Assembly (NCBI GenBank): GCA_016933055.1
Contig: JAFGBS010000031.1
Coordinates: 60,001-92,000 of the forward strand
Direction of reading: 5' to 3'
Origin: Promethearchaeota archaeon
Lineage (GTDB): Archaea > Asgardarchaeota > Lokiarchaeia > Sigyniarchaeales > Promethearchaeaceae
DNA: 32,000 bases
Positions 1 to 8,152 of the stretch are shown piece after piece. Each line of letters begins with the position of its first letter. Position 1 is the first letter of the stretch. Made by a program: the position numbers and the translations under genes. The notes below the pieces were generated by a model, which worked only from the letters and a program-made list of their open reading frames with translations, had not been told where the DNA came from and did no database searches.

Positions 1-43
1 CACTAGAGAAGATGACGGATTAATTAATAGATCCATTTTTCTT

Positions 44-946
44 TTACTCGTTAATTGGGATTACCAGATCCTTCCATTTCTCAAACCGAACAATATAAGA
101 AGGGAAAAATACTTGAATATCTTTCACTTCTTTCAAATTAGATGTTTTTTCAACAAGTTCTTCCATTTCAGCCAAAGTATTTGAATAGATATAGAATGCA
201 ATACCTGGAGGATCTATCAAGATATAATAGGAGAGATAATTTGGTAATTCCTCTCTCAATTTGTCCACCTTTTCTTTGAAATGTTTATCGTCTTTAAAAA
301 GGATAATTAACAGATGAATTACGAAGTTGCGGATCTTACTGGGTTGCAGTCCAATCGTATGAACAATAAGATTTGATTTAGAAAATTTCTGCAGATAACG
401 TGATAAGGTCTTTTTGGACAGATCCAATTTTTCTGATAAATTAATAAGGTCTTTTCGGGAATCTTGACGTAAAAGGCGTATCAATTTCATTTCCATTGGT
501 TTTAACTCTGCATCTCCAGTCGAATACTGAATCTTGTAAACATCAATAATGGGGACATCGGGGATTTTTTCGTGAAATCTTCGCTTAAAATCCTCTATCG
601 TTGCTTTGGAAATTCCTTCGTCCGAACTAAATGGTAATAAAGCGATAATCGCACAACTCTTGCTTAATGAGAAAATTATCTCATAGACTTCTTCAAATTG
701 TTCTACTTTCTTGCAAAAATCCTCCCGCTCCGTTCGTGAAATTTCTGCCATAAATGAGATTCGAGCGTAACCAAATTGTGAGAAAACTGGATTCGTGTGA
801 AATACAAACACTCCTTCTTCTTCTAGCTTGATTGCTCGTTTTTTTAAGATATTTCCCGAAATCCCTAACATATGTCCCAGGGAATTAAAACTCATTCGTG
901 AATCATGCCACAGTTCTTTCAATAATTTCATATCTATTTCATCCAT
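44..946 (-). CDS. Lrp/AsnC-family transcriptional regulator with two tandem HTH+RAM modules
   Basis: Two Lrp-type HTH segments: MDEIDMKLLKELWHDSRMSFNSLGHMLGISGNILKKRAIKLEEEGV and MEMKLIRLLRQDSRKDLINLSEKLDLSKKTLSRYLQKF. Each is followed by a beta-alpha-beta RAM-like region. The start is set at the ATG at 946 (MDEID); the ORF track extends to 976. Confidence 0.8.
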   Translation of the reverse strand: MDEIDMKLLKELWHDSRMSFNSLGHMLGISGNILKKRAIKLEEEGVFVFHTNPVFSQFGYARISFMAEISRTEREDFCKKVEQFEEVYEIIFSLSKSCAIIALLPFSSDEGISKATIEDFKRRFHEKIPDVPIIDVYKIQYSTGDAELKPMEMKLIRLLRQDSRKDLINLSEKLDLSKKTLSRYLQKFSKSNLIVHTIGLQPSKIRNFVIHLLIILFKDDKHFKEKVDKLREELPNYLSYYILIDPPGIAFYIYSNTLAEMEELVEKTSNLKEVKDIQVFFPSYIVRFEKWKDLVIPINE

Positions 947-998
947 ACCCAGACCATCCGTGTGTTGTACTCTCATATACTATTTCGTATATGGGAAT

Positions 999-1613
999 TT
1001 ATTCTTTATGTATTTTTAAGAGATCCCTACTGATATACCCTATTCTATAGACCATTGTCGTGATGACACCAAATGCAAGGAGTATAATACCTATGGAATA
1101 GACAATCTGAAATGGAATTATACAAATTAAGAATAGCAGAAATAGTCGTTCAGATCGTGCAAATACTCCCACATCATAATCAGTATCTGATATGTTTTCT
1201 GCACGAGATCGAACATAACTGATCATCAAAGATCCAAGAAGAATGGATAAAATCATTATTTGATGCAACATATAACCATAAAGAAAATAATGGCTATTCA
1301 AAAACAATCCTAAGAATAGAAAAATTTCAGATAATCTATCCATATTTGAATCGAAAAATGCTCCAAAAGTGGTGGTTTTCCCCGTTAATCTTGCTAAAGC
1401 CCCATCAACCCCATCTAAAATACCAACTATGAAAGTTAAAATTCCAAATACCCAAAAAAAATCAGTAAAAATTATCAAAATACATGCTATTATGGATGTA
1501 ATCAACATTAGTAGAGTAATATGATTAGGAAAAATTCCTCCTTTACTGAAGATTTTCGCTATACCCACTACTAATGGTTTGAATATCCTACGCACTCTAA
1601 ATGGACTTCCCAT
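999..1613 (-). CDS. pgsA: CDP-alcohol phosphatidyltransferase (archaetidylinositol phosphate synthase-like)
   Basis: Family signature DGxDGxxAR...GxxxDxxxD is present as DGVDGALARLTGKTTTFGAFFDSNMDR. Also PNHIT, RSRAE and RSER motifs and multiple TM helices. Confidence 0.85.
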   Translation of the reverse strand: MGSPFRVRRIFKPLVVGIAKIFSKGGIFPNHITLLMLITSIIACILIIFTDFFWVFGILTFIVGILDGVDGALARLTGKTTTFGAFFDSNMDRLSEIFLFLGLFLNSHYFLYGYMLHQIMILSILLGSLMISYVRSRAENISDTDYDVGVFARSERLFLLFLICIIPFQIVYSIGIILLAFGVITTMVYRIGYISRDLLKIHKE

Positions 1614-1623
1614 AATAAACTTG

Positions 1624-1639
1624 ATAATCCAAGGATTAT
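1624..1639. promoter_or_regulatory. Palindrome ATAATCC-aa-GGATTAT in the 45-bp divergent intergenic region; candidate operator
   Basis: Perfect 7-bp arms with a 2-bp spacer, ending 20 bp upstream of the ribK ATG. Confidence 0.35.
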
Positions 1640-1647
1640 ATTTTTTT

Positions 1648-1652
1648 GGTGA
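1648..1652 (+). promoter_or_regulatory. Shine-Dalgarno GGTGA for ribK
   Basis: Archaeal SD core, 6 nt before the ATG at 1659. Confidence 0.6.
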
Positions 1653-1658
1653 TTCGGT

Positions 1659-2348
1659 ATGGTAATTCTCGGAGAAAAAGAATGGTTTTTACTATTTAAT
1701 TTGAGTAGAATGGGTGCGTTGAACGGTATCTCAAAATCCAGTACTGAAATCGCATCGCTCCTATCTACATCTCAACAAACAATCTCCCGTCGATTGAAAA
1801 AATTGAGAGATTCAGGATACATTATGAAATCTCTCGAAGAAGATATTCTTCAAATCAAGATTTCCGAAAAAGGGAAAACTGCCTTGAATTCAGTCTTTCA
1901 AGACCTAAAGAAAATCTTAGTGGAAAAAGGTAAACAGCAGTATTATGGGCAGGTACAAACTGGTTTGGGGGAAGGAAAATTCTATGTACAATTACCGAAA
2001 TATCATGAACAATTTAAAGACATTCTTAATGACTCCCCCTATCCGGGTACCTTAAATATAAGTCTCGCTCCCGAATATTTAGAAGACTTTTATTATACCT
2101 TATCTCAAAAATCCCATCATAAAGTAAGTGGATTTGAATCGGAAGAACGTTCCTACGGAAGTGTAAAATGCTATGATATACTTTTAAATACTAACGGGAA
2201 GTCTAAAAATGAAGTGGAGTGTTTATTGGTCGATATCCGACGTACTTCTCACCAAAAAGGTACTATTGAAATTGTATCTCAATTCAATCTAAGAGATATG
2301 CTTCATTTAATTGATGGGTCATTAGTTAAAATCGAGTTCCGTACTTAG
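1659..2348 (+). CDS. ribK: CTP-dependent riboflavin kinase with N-terminal winged HTH (RbkR-type)
   Basis: N-terminal wHTH (STEIASLLSTSQQTISRRLKKL). Kinase motifs GQVQTGLGEGKFYV and PYPGTLN; C-terminal EIVSQFNLRDMLHLIDG. Confidence 0.92.
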   Translation: MVILGEKEWFLLFNLSRMGALNGISKSSTEIASLLSTSQQTISRRLKKLRDSGYIMKSLEEDILQIKISEKGKTALNSVFQDLKKILVEKGKQQYYGQVQTGLGEGKFYVQLPKYHEQFKDILNDSPYPGTLNISLAPEYLEDFYYTLSQKSHHKVSGFESEERSYGSVKCYDILLNTNGKSKNEVECLLVDIRRTSHQKGTIEIVSQFNLRDMLHLIDGSLVKIEFRT

Positions 2349-2421
2349 AAAATGTTTTTACTTAAACGAATATAATTCGTTTCATACTAACATTAAAGTT
2401 TAAACAGTGAAGATTTAAGAA

Positions 2422-3045
2422 ATGAATTTGGATACAATTTTTGACGACATAAAAAACCATTTAGACAAGCTGGATGAAAAGAGGGAACGCATACTTCCTA
2501 TAACAAGGGAAATTGTGAGAAAATGTAGTGATATTATTAAAAACATTCACCGAAACGAACTAACTGATATAGATAGCAAGATTAAAGAAATTAAAGAGTT
2601 AATCGCATCCACCAAAGAGTATGCCTGGGATACTCTACAAGGGATTGGAAAAAATTATATGGGAATTGTTTACCAAGAATTTACCGAAGCAGTTGCTTTT
2701 TATCACCTCATTACTGAAAAAACTCTTCCAAGTTATGCAGAATTAGAAGTAAATCCATATGAATATCTGCTTGGATTATCTGATTTACTGGGTGAACTTA
2801 AACGCATGATCTTGAACAAGATACGCATTGATGATATTGAAACAGCAGAAATTCTGTACGATTATATGGAAAGTATCCACGAGTATCTATTTGGATTGGA
2901 CTACCCTTCTGGGCTTCTACCGGGATTTCGTAAAAAAATCGATAAAGCAAGAGCATTAATCAACTCAACATTAGAAATCATCGTATCAAGCAAGCAAATT
3001 CGAGATTTAAAGGACACTCTTCACCAGTCTACACAGTTTCAATGA
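2422..3045 (+). CDS. Archaeal translin/TRAX (C3PO)-family protein
   Basis: All-helical protein with YQEFTEA and YLLGLSDLLGELKR, matching the translin/TRAX acidic catalytic motifs; RKKID near the C-terminus. Confidence 0.88.
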   Translation: MNLDTIFDDIKNHLDKLDEKRERILPITREIVRKCSDIIKNIHRNELTDIDSKIKEIKELIASTKEYAWDTLQGIGKNYMGIVYQEFTEAVAFYHLITEKTLPSYAELEVNPYEYLLGLSDLLGELKRMILNKIRIDDIETAEILYDYMESIHEYLFGLDYPSGLLPGFRKKIDKARALINSTLEIIVSSKQIRDLKDTLHQSTQFQ

Positions 3046-3061
3046 TCTAAGTTGAAGTATT

Positions 3062-3556
3062 ATGAATAAGTTTACTAAAGAACTGAAATCCTTATATCCT
3101 GGATTAAACCGTCCGTATAAAGTAATGATTGCAGGAACTTTTGATATTATCCATACTGGCCATACATATTTAATCCAAAAAGCTGCTGAAATTGGAGATT
3201 TATACGTTATTATTGCTCGTGATATATCAGTGGAGAAATTCAAAGGTCAAAAGCCTATTATGCCTGAAGCACAAAGAATGGAGTTAATACGCAATATTAA
3301 GGGAGTTAAATATGTGGAATTGGGCTCGGATACGGAAGATTGGTTAAAAAGGATTATTGAAATTAACCCAGACCTTTTTTTATTGGGTCCAAATCAATGG
3401 GGGGACGAAAATTCCTATGAAAAAGAGGTCAAAAAAAAAGGAGCATATACTATATTCCGAAGGCTACCTACCAAGGATATACGATTTTCACTGAATAGTT
3501 CCACCAAAATCAAGGAGAAGATATTAAAAGTATATAAATCCGTTCGAAAAGATTGA
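3062..3556 (+). CDS. ribL: FAD synthase (cytidylyltransferase-like fold)
   Basis: GTFDIIHTGH (HxGH) motif, IIARD, PIMPEAQR, PDLFLLGPNQ and SSTKIK; downstream of ribK. Confidence 0.85.
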   Translation: MNKFTKELKSLYPGLNRPYKVMIAGTFDIIHTGHTYLIQKAAEIGDLYVIIARDISVEKFKGQKPIMPEAQRMELIRNIKGVKYVELGSDTEDWLKRIIEINPDLFLLGPNQWGDENSYEKEVKKKGAYTIFRRLPTKDIRFSLNSSTKIKEKILKVYKSVRKD

Positions 3557-3557
3557 A

Positions 3558-3935
3558 TTACCTTAATTTTATATTCACTGGAGAGTATTTCGAGATTTTA
3601 TTTAATACTTCTAAATTTTCCACGATCTTACCCAGCTTGGTTACTGCCATACCCACAGATCCAGCTTTTAAACAAATGAATAAAGAATCAGAATTTGCTT
3701 CATAAAAGATGTCTCCTTTTTCCACTGTATCGGTTGGGTGTTCTAATCCCTTTTTTATACCCAAAGGGATCATGAAATAGTCTCTTCCTCCTATATAGAA
3801 CCGACCCGAGGCTTTAAAAGGGATTTTGCGACTTATTCGTTCAATGGTGAGAGGAGCTTTAATTCTTTCCAGAGATCCAAAGCAACTATCTAGTCCAATA
3901 AATTCGAATTCTAATTCATAACTCTCAATCGCCAT
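3558..3935 (-). CDS. Cyclophilin-like fold protein (DUF369/DUF3830-like)
   Basis: APLTIERISRKIPF, VEKGDIFYEANSDSLFI and VTKLGKI match the cyclophilin-like family pattern. The start is placed at the ATG at 3935 to avoid overlap with the divergent gene at 3980. Confidence 0.65.
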   Translation of the reverse strand: MAIESYELEFEFIGLDSCFGSLERIKAPLTIERISRKIPFKASGRFYIGGRDYFMIPLGIKKGLEHPTDTVEKGDIFYEANSDSLFICLKAGSVGMAVTKLGKIVENLEVLNKISKYSPVNIKLR

Positions 3936-3979
3936 ATGGAAGTTTTCACGAGGATTTAAATTAAATCTTTGCCCAACTT

Positions 3980-4624
3980 TTGATGATGAGTGAACATTAC
4001 GCATATACTGATGAAGAAGGGATTTTTCTAGTTCGTCTTGCCAGAATGTCATTAGAGACTTATCTGAAAAACCAGCAAAAGATCCAAGTCCCGTTAGAAA
4101 CTCCCTTGAAGCTTAAGTCTAACTCGGGTGTGTTTGTAACACTTAATATTTATAGACAAAATGTGGAAAGATTTGATCTACGTGGTTGTATTGGAAGGCC
4201 CTATCCTCACCAACCTTTAGCAGAAGCCGTGATTGAAGCGGCTATCGATTCAGGGGTTCATGATCCTCGATTTCCTTCCGTCTCACCTGCAGAACTTGGG
4301 GATATAATTGTGGAAGTTACCGCATTAACTCCTCCAGTCGAAATCAAAGTAAATTCGCCGGAAGGACGTTTGAATGCGATTGAAATTGGAAAAGATGGAA
4401 TCATCATCCAAGATAATAAAGGATCACGAGGTGCATTATTTTTGCCGCAAGTACCAGTTGAATGGAATTGGACCAAAGAAGAATATTTATCTCGCCTATG
4501 TGAAAAAGCCGGATTACCCCAACACATATGGAAAGATGTCCATATTACGCGTCTATCTAAGTTTCAAGGAGAAATTTTCTCGGAAACCTCTCCGAATGGG
4601 GATGTGATACGAAAAATTTTGTAA
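3980..4624 (+). CDS. AMMECR1-domain protein (TIGR00296 / AmmeMemoRadiSam protein A)
   Basis: GVFVTL, LRGCIG, DPRFPSV, EVTALT and LFLPQVPVEWNW...YLSRLCEKAGL motifs. Confidence 0.92.
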   Translation: MMMSEHYAYTDEEGIFLVRLARMSLETYLKNQQKIQVPLETPLKLKSNSGVFVTLNIYRQNVERFDLRGCIGRPYPHQPLAEAVIEAAIDSGVHDPRFPSVSPAELGDIIVEVTALTPPVEIKVNSPEGRLNAIEIGKDGIIIQDNKGSRGALFLPQVPVEWNWTKEEYLSRLCEKAGLPQHIWKDVHITRLSKFQGEIFSETSPNGDVIRKIL

Positions 4625-5536
4625 TTATTTTAAAATGGTATCTGTTAGTAAATCAGCCATACTGACTTGTGCAAATGGATTATTAATTGTGTCTGTTCCG
4701 ATAATTTTATCTGCACCTGCATGCAGTATTTTGGCAATCGCGTCTTGAATTAAAAGTAAATGAGTTCCGACTGCATAAATTTTTCGTGCACCCGATTTTT
4801 TTGCGATTGTTATTGCCGATGCCATGGTCCCACCCGTGGAAATAATATCATCCGCAATAATCACATCCTTTTTATCCACATCTAAAGACGCTGTCATTTT
4901 GATATCTCCAGTTACTACGTCTCTTTCTTTAGAAAATACTTCAACAGGAACGTTTTCTCCAAAAAAATGTGCAAAACTTTTACTTCTTTTACTTGCCCCC
5001 TTATCTGGGGAGATCACAACAGGATCCTTAAGATTTAAGGTGGTCACATAGTCAGCTAATAAACTCATTGGATTAAGATTATGTGAAGGTATAGTAAAGG
5101 AATCCAAAATTTTTTCTGCATGGATATCGATTGTAAAAAATTCATCTGCTCCTGCTTTCTCGATCATCTCACAGATTAAATTTGCAGTAAGAGTTTCTCC
5201 TGGTCGAAATACCTTATCTTGACGGGCATAGGCTAAATAGGGCACAATTACTCTTACTTTTTTTGCTCCCATTCGATGGAGTGAAGAAATTATCATGAGT
5301 AATTCTATTATTCTTTGATTCTGGTCTGCATGATTACTTGCCCCCAATGTCTGAATGATGATCATCTCCTTTCCCTCCACAATTGATTCATCATCTAATT
5401 GAATCCGAATGTAGCACTCTCCATCTGGAAATTTTTTATACTCGGTTTGAACAAAATCCAATTTTGTTTTAATCACAGTACGCATACCTAAGAGCTGAGA
5501 TGCAGGTCCAATCACGATGATTTTTTCCATATGCAA
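4625..5536 (-). CDS. prs: Ribose-phosphate pyrophosphokinase
   Basis: FPDGECYIRI, VPYLAYARQDK, IDIH, SPDKGA and the PRPP loop IADDIISTGGTM. Confidence 0.95.
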   Translation of the reverse strand: MHMEKIIVIGPASQLLGMRTVIKTKLDFVQTEYKKFPDGECYIRIQLDDESIVEGKEMIIIQTLGASNHADQNQRIIELLMIISSLHRMGAKKVRVIVPYLAYARQDKVFRPGETLTANLICEMIEKAGADEFFTIDIHAEKILDSFTIPSHNLNPMSLLADYVTTLNLKDPVVISPDKGASKRSKSFAHFFGENVPVEVFSKERDVVTGDIKMTASLDVDKKDVIIADDIISTGGTMASAITIAKKSGARKIYAVGTHLLLIQDAIAKILHAGADKIIGTDTINNPFAQVSMADLLTDTILK

Positions 5537-5603
5537 TACACCTAATGACAGCTTAGATTATCTTCAAATGTTAATATGCTTTTTTTTAAAATGATCAAGT
5601 TAA

Positions 5604-6701
5604 ATGAAGCACGTATTTTTGTTTGAATATATATCTGGTGGGGGAATTAAGAATTCTTCAGAGTTTGAATTTTTAATCCCTGAAGGATTTAGTATGCTTT
5701 CCTCCCTGATAAAAGACTTTTCCCTATTTGGTATCCATATTCATACATTAATCGATGAAAGAATTGCGCCAAAATTCCTACAAACTCATTCAAACGAAAT
5801 AAAAAATCAAATAATTTCATATGTCATAATCCCAAAGGGAGAAGAAATTCAAAACCATCTGCAAAAAATAGTTACCAAAGTCGATTATGTTTTGTGTATT
5901 GCTCCCGAATTTTCTAATATTCTTTATAATTTAATCGCGTTTTTTGAAACATCCCTAAAATCGCACCAACTTCTTCTAAGTTTACCCTCATCTGCAATTT
6001 TATTATTTACTGATAAATTAATGACTGAATCGTTTTTACATTCATCAGGCTTTTGTGCCCCTCATTCTATAAAATTAGATTTGGAAACAGTTAAAAATAT
6101 TCCAAAATCAAAATCAGAATACATTATTAAACCCTTTGACGGTGTGGGCGCATCCGATACTTATTGTATCCCATCCGATCTAAGAAAAAATATCAGTTCA
6201 GTATTCGATGCAATCCAAAAACGTGCCCCACACCAACATTTTATTATCCAAAAGAAACAATCAGGCATTGCTCTTAGCGCTTTTATCGGTTGTCAAGATG
6301 GACAATTGTCTTTTCTAATCTTCAATACTCAGAACATAAAATACCATGAAATTGATCAACTATATCAAATACACCAATTAGAATATTCTGGTGGGAGCAC
6401 ACCTTATACTGATCTACCACCAGATATGGAAAAAATTATTAGGGATATCGCTACAGCAATAAGTTCTCAGTTCGATTTTACTGGTTTTTTCGGCCTAGAT
6501 TTTGTTTTTGATATATCCACGAATACTTACTCGATCGTCGATATTAATCCCCGCGTTACAACCCCCTACATAGCGATTTCAGAATTATTTCGCGAAAATC
6601 ATTCTAATATACTTGAATGTTTATTCGGAAAATTTAGTGGCAGATTAATTGGAAAAAAAGAATATGTAAAAACCGATCAGAGAGAAATCTCCCTAAATTG
6701 A
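5604..6701 (+). CDS. ATP-grasp ligase, MfnD (tyramine--L-glutamate ligase)-like
   Basis: N-terminal FLFEYISGGG...EGFSMLSSLIKDF, IAPEFSNIL, DKL, IKPFDGVG, YSGGSTP, GFFGLDF and VDINPRVTT; archaeal COG1821-type ATP-grasp pattern. Confidence 0.7.
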   Translation: MKHVFLFEYISGGGIKNSSEFEFLIPEGFSMLSSLIKDFSLFGIHIHTLIDERIAPKFLQTHSNEIKNQIISYVIIPKGEEIQNHLQKIVTKVDYVLCIAPEFSNILYNLIAFFETSLKSHQLLLSLPSSAILLFTDKLMTESFLHSSGFCAPHSIKLDLETVKNIPKSKSEYIIKPFDGVGASDTYCIPSDLRKNISSVFDAIQKRAPHQHFIIQKKQSGIALSAFIGCQDGQLSFLIFNTQNIKYHEIDQLYQIHQLEYSGGSTPYTDLPPDMEKIIRDIATAISSQFDFTGFFGLDFVFDISTNTYSIVDINPRVTTPYIAISELFRENHSNILECLFGKFSGRLIGKKEYVKTDQREISLN

Positions 6702-7580
6702 TGTGAATAATAATATATTAAAAGCAATATAATGAATTAAAAAAGTAATTAGAAGACTACGCTCGATTTTTATAAACTTCGTAACAATTTGAATATAGGA
6801 AATAAGTAAAATTGTCCAAATCTGAAAAACCACCATTATTATCTTTATTACAATTCCCTCCAAAAATATAGGGTTCACAAAGGCTAGAATGGTATGGATA
6901 ACCAAATAGATAATCATAGGGAATAATCCAAGAGAAAATGTTGCAACAAAACGGACAGTATTTTCAGTTTTTTTATACAGAAATCGACACAGTAATTCAG
7001 AAAATCCGATGACGAGTACTAATGAAATTAAAAATTTTGCTCCCAACCACAGGCGTATACCAATTGTTAAGTCGTCGTCGTGATAAGCTAGAAAGAAGAT
7101 ATAAGATGAGTTAATCCCCCCAATTACTATCAAAGTATAAAAAATCACAACAATCGCACTGGAAATAATCCACCCATAATGGATTTTATTATTAATTAAT
7201 TCAATCGCCCGTTTGGGAGCAAGATTGAAAATCTTGTTTAAAAAATTGGATACGGTTTTTTGTTCCTCAACTTTCACAGATTCCATTGAATCATAGTTCT
7301 TAATTAGAAAATCATACGCATGTTTACCAATTGTGGATAATATGTACTTCTTTTTCTGATCTTGAACCACTAAAGTCTTTAATACATCCAGATGATGATA
7401 CAAGGTCCCCGTACTTATATCTAAAGAGCGTTTAAACTGTGTGAAGGAGCCCTTGCCATTTTCCCCTATTAGACGGATAATACTCCTTCGAATTTCATGG
7501 TTTAGGGCATAATAAAAAGATTCCTCAAAATTTGGTGGGGGAGACTTTTCTTCGTTGTGGTTTTTTTTTTCTGGCTCCAT
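6693..7580 (-). CDS. Winged-HTH (ArsR-like) regulator fused to a 5-6 TM membrane domain (possibly Yip1-like)
   Basis: ALNHEIRRSIIRLIGENGKGSFTQFKRSLDISTGTLYHHLDVL is a wHTH; the C-terminal ~160 aa are hydrophobic helices. Confidence 0.7.
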   Translation of the reverse strand: MEPEKKNHNEEKSPPPNFEESFYYALNHEIRRSIIRLIGENGKGSFTQFKRSLDISTGTLYHHLDVLKTLVVQDQKKKYILSTIGKHAYDFLIKNYDSMESVKVEEQKTVSNFLNKIFNLAPKRAIELINNKIHYGWIISSAIVVIFYTLIVIGGINSSYIFFLAYHDDDLTIGIRLWLGAKFLISLVLVIGFSELLCRFLYKKTENTVRFVATFSLGLFPMIIYLVIHTILAFVNPIFLEGIVIKIIMVVFQIWTILLISYIQIVTKFIKIERSLLITFLIHYIAFNILLFTSI

Positions 7581-7597
7581 GGGTTCGTCTCCTTTCT

Positions 7598-8026
7598 TTA
7601 CACACCTTGATTGCTATCCTTACTCTCTTGTATAAGAAGCCAGAATAACGCCCAAAACAATAATGCGTATGCACTTATCCCAAGGAGTACTCCGTAATTA
7701 TAGGAATTTATCTGCACACCATTATTAGTGAACATTTCGATGAGGAATAATGTGTTTAAGCTTTGTGCGATAAATGCGATAATAGAAATAACTGCTCTCT
7801 TTAATTTGATTATCTGGTTGAGTAGAACTAATACAGCTAACACAATAATAATGCTTGAGGAAATTATCGGGAATAAATAGATAAATACTCGTTCTGTATC
7901 AATGCTATACAAATCCCATGGAGAATACATTTGATTGATCCATGGACTAAATTCTGAAATCATCATCACAATGGAACTAATAATGAAGAAGACACTTGTA
8001 GATACATTCTTCCAGAATTTCCTCAT
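7598..8026 (-). CDS. Hypothetical 4-TM membrane protein
   Basis: 142-aa ORF with four hydrophobic segments, co-oriented with and 17 bp upstream of the wHTH-TM gene. Confidence 0.65.
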   Translation of the reverse strand: MRKFWKNVSTSVFFIISSIVMMISEFSPWINQMYSPWDLYSIDTERVFIYLFPIISSSIIIVLAVLVLLNQIIKLKRAVISIIAFIAQSLNTLFLIEMFTNNGVQINSYNYGVLLGISAYALLFWALFWLLIQESKDSNQGV

Positions 8027-8090
8027 ATTGTATTAATGAAGTAAACATCCTTTAAATTTAATCTAACTCATACAAAATGTCATAAAATGC

Positions 8091-8121
8091 ATAAGATAGA
8101 TATACATTTACTCTATCTTAT
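8091..8121. repeat. Inverted repeat ATAAGATAGA-N11-TCTATCTTAT in a divergent intergenic region
   Basis: Perfect 10-bp arms at 8091-8100 and 8112-8121. Confidence 0.6.
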
Positions 8122-8152
8122 ACGTTGCATCTAAAACTAAAACCTGATCAGT

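Noticed and set aside
7561-7570. T10 homopolymer (A10 on the coding strand) at the 5' end of the wHTH-TM gene as a phase-variation tract
   Set aside because: The frame is intact and A/T runs of 8-10 occur elsewhere in this AT-rich window.
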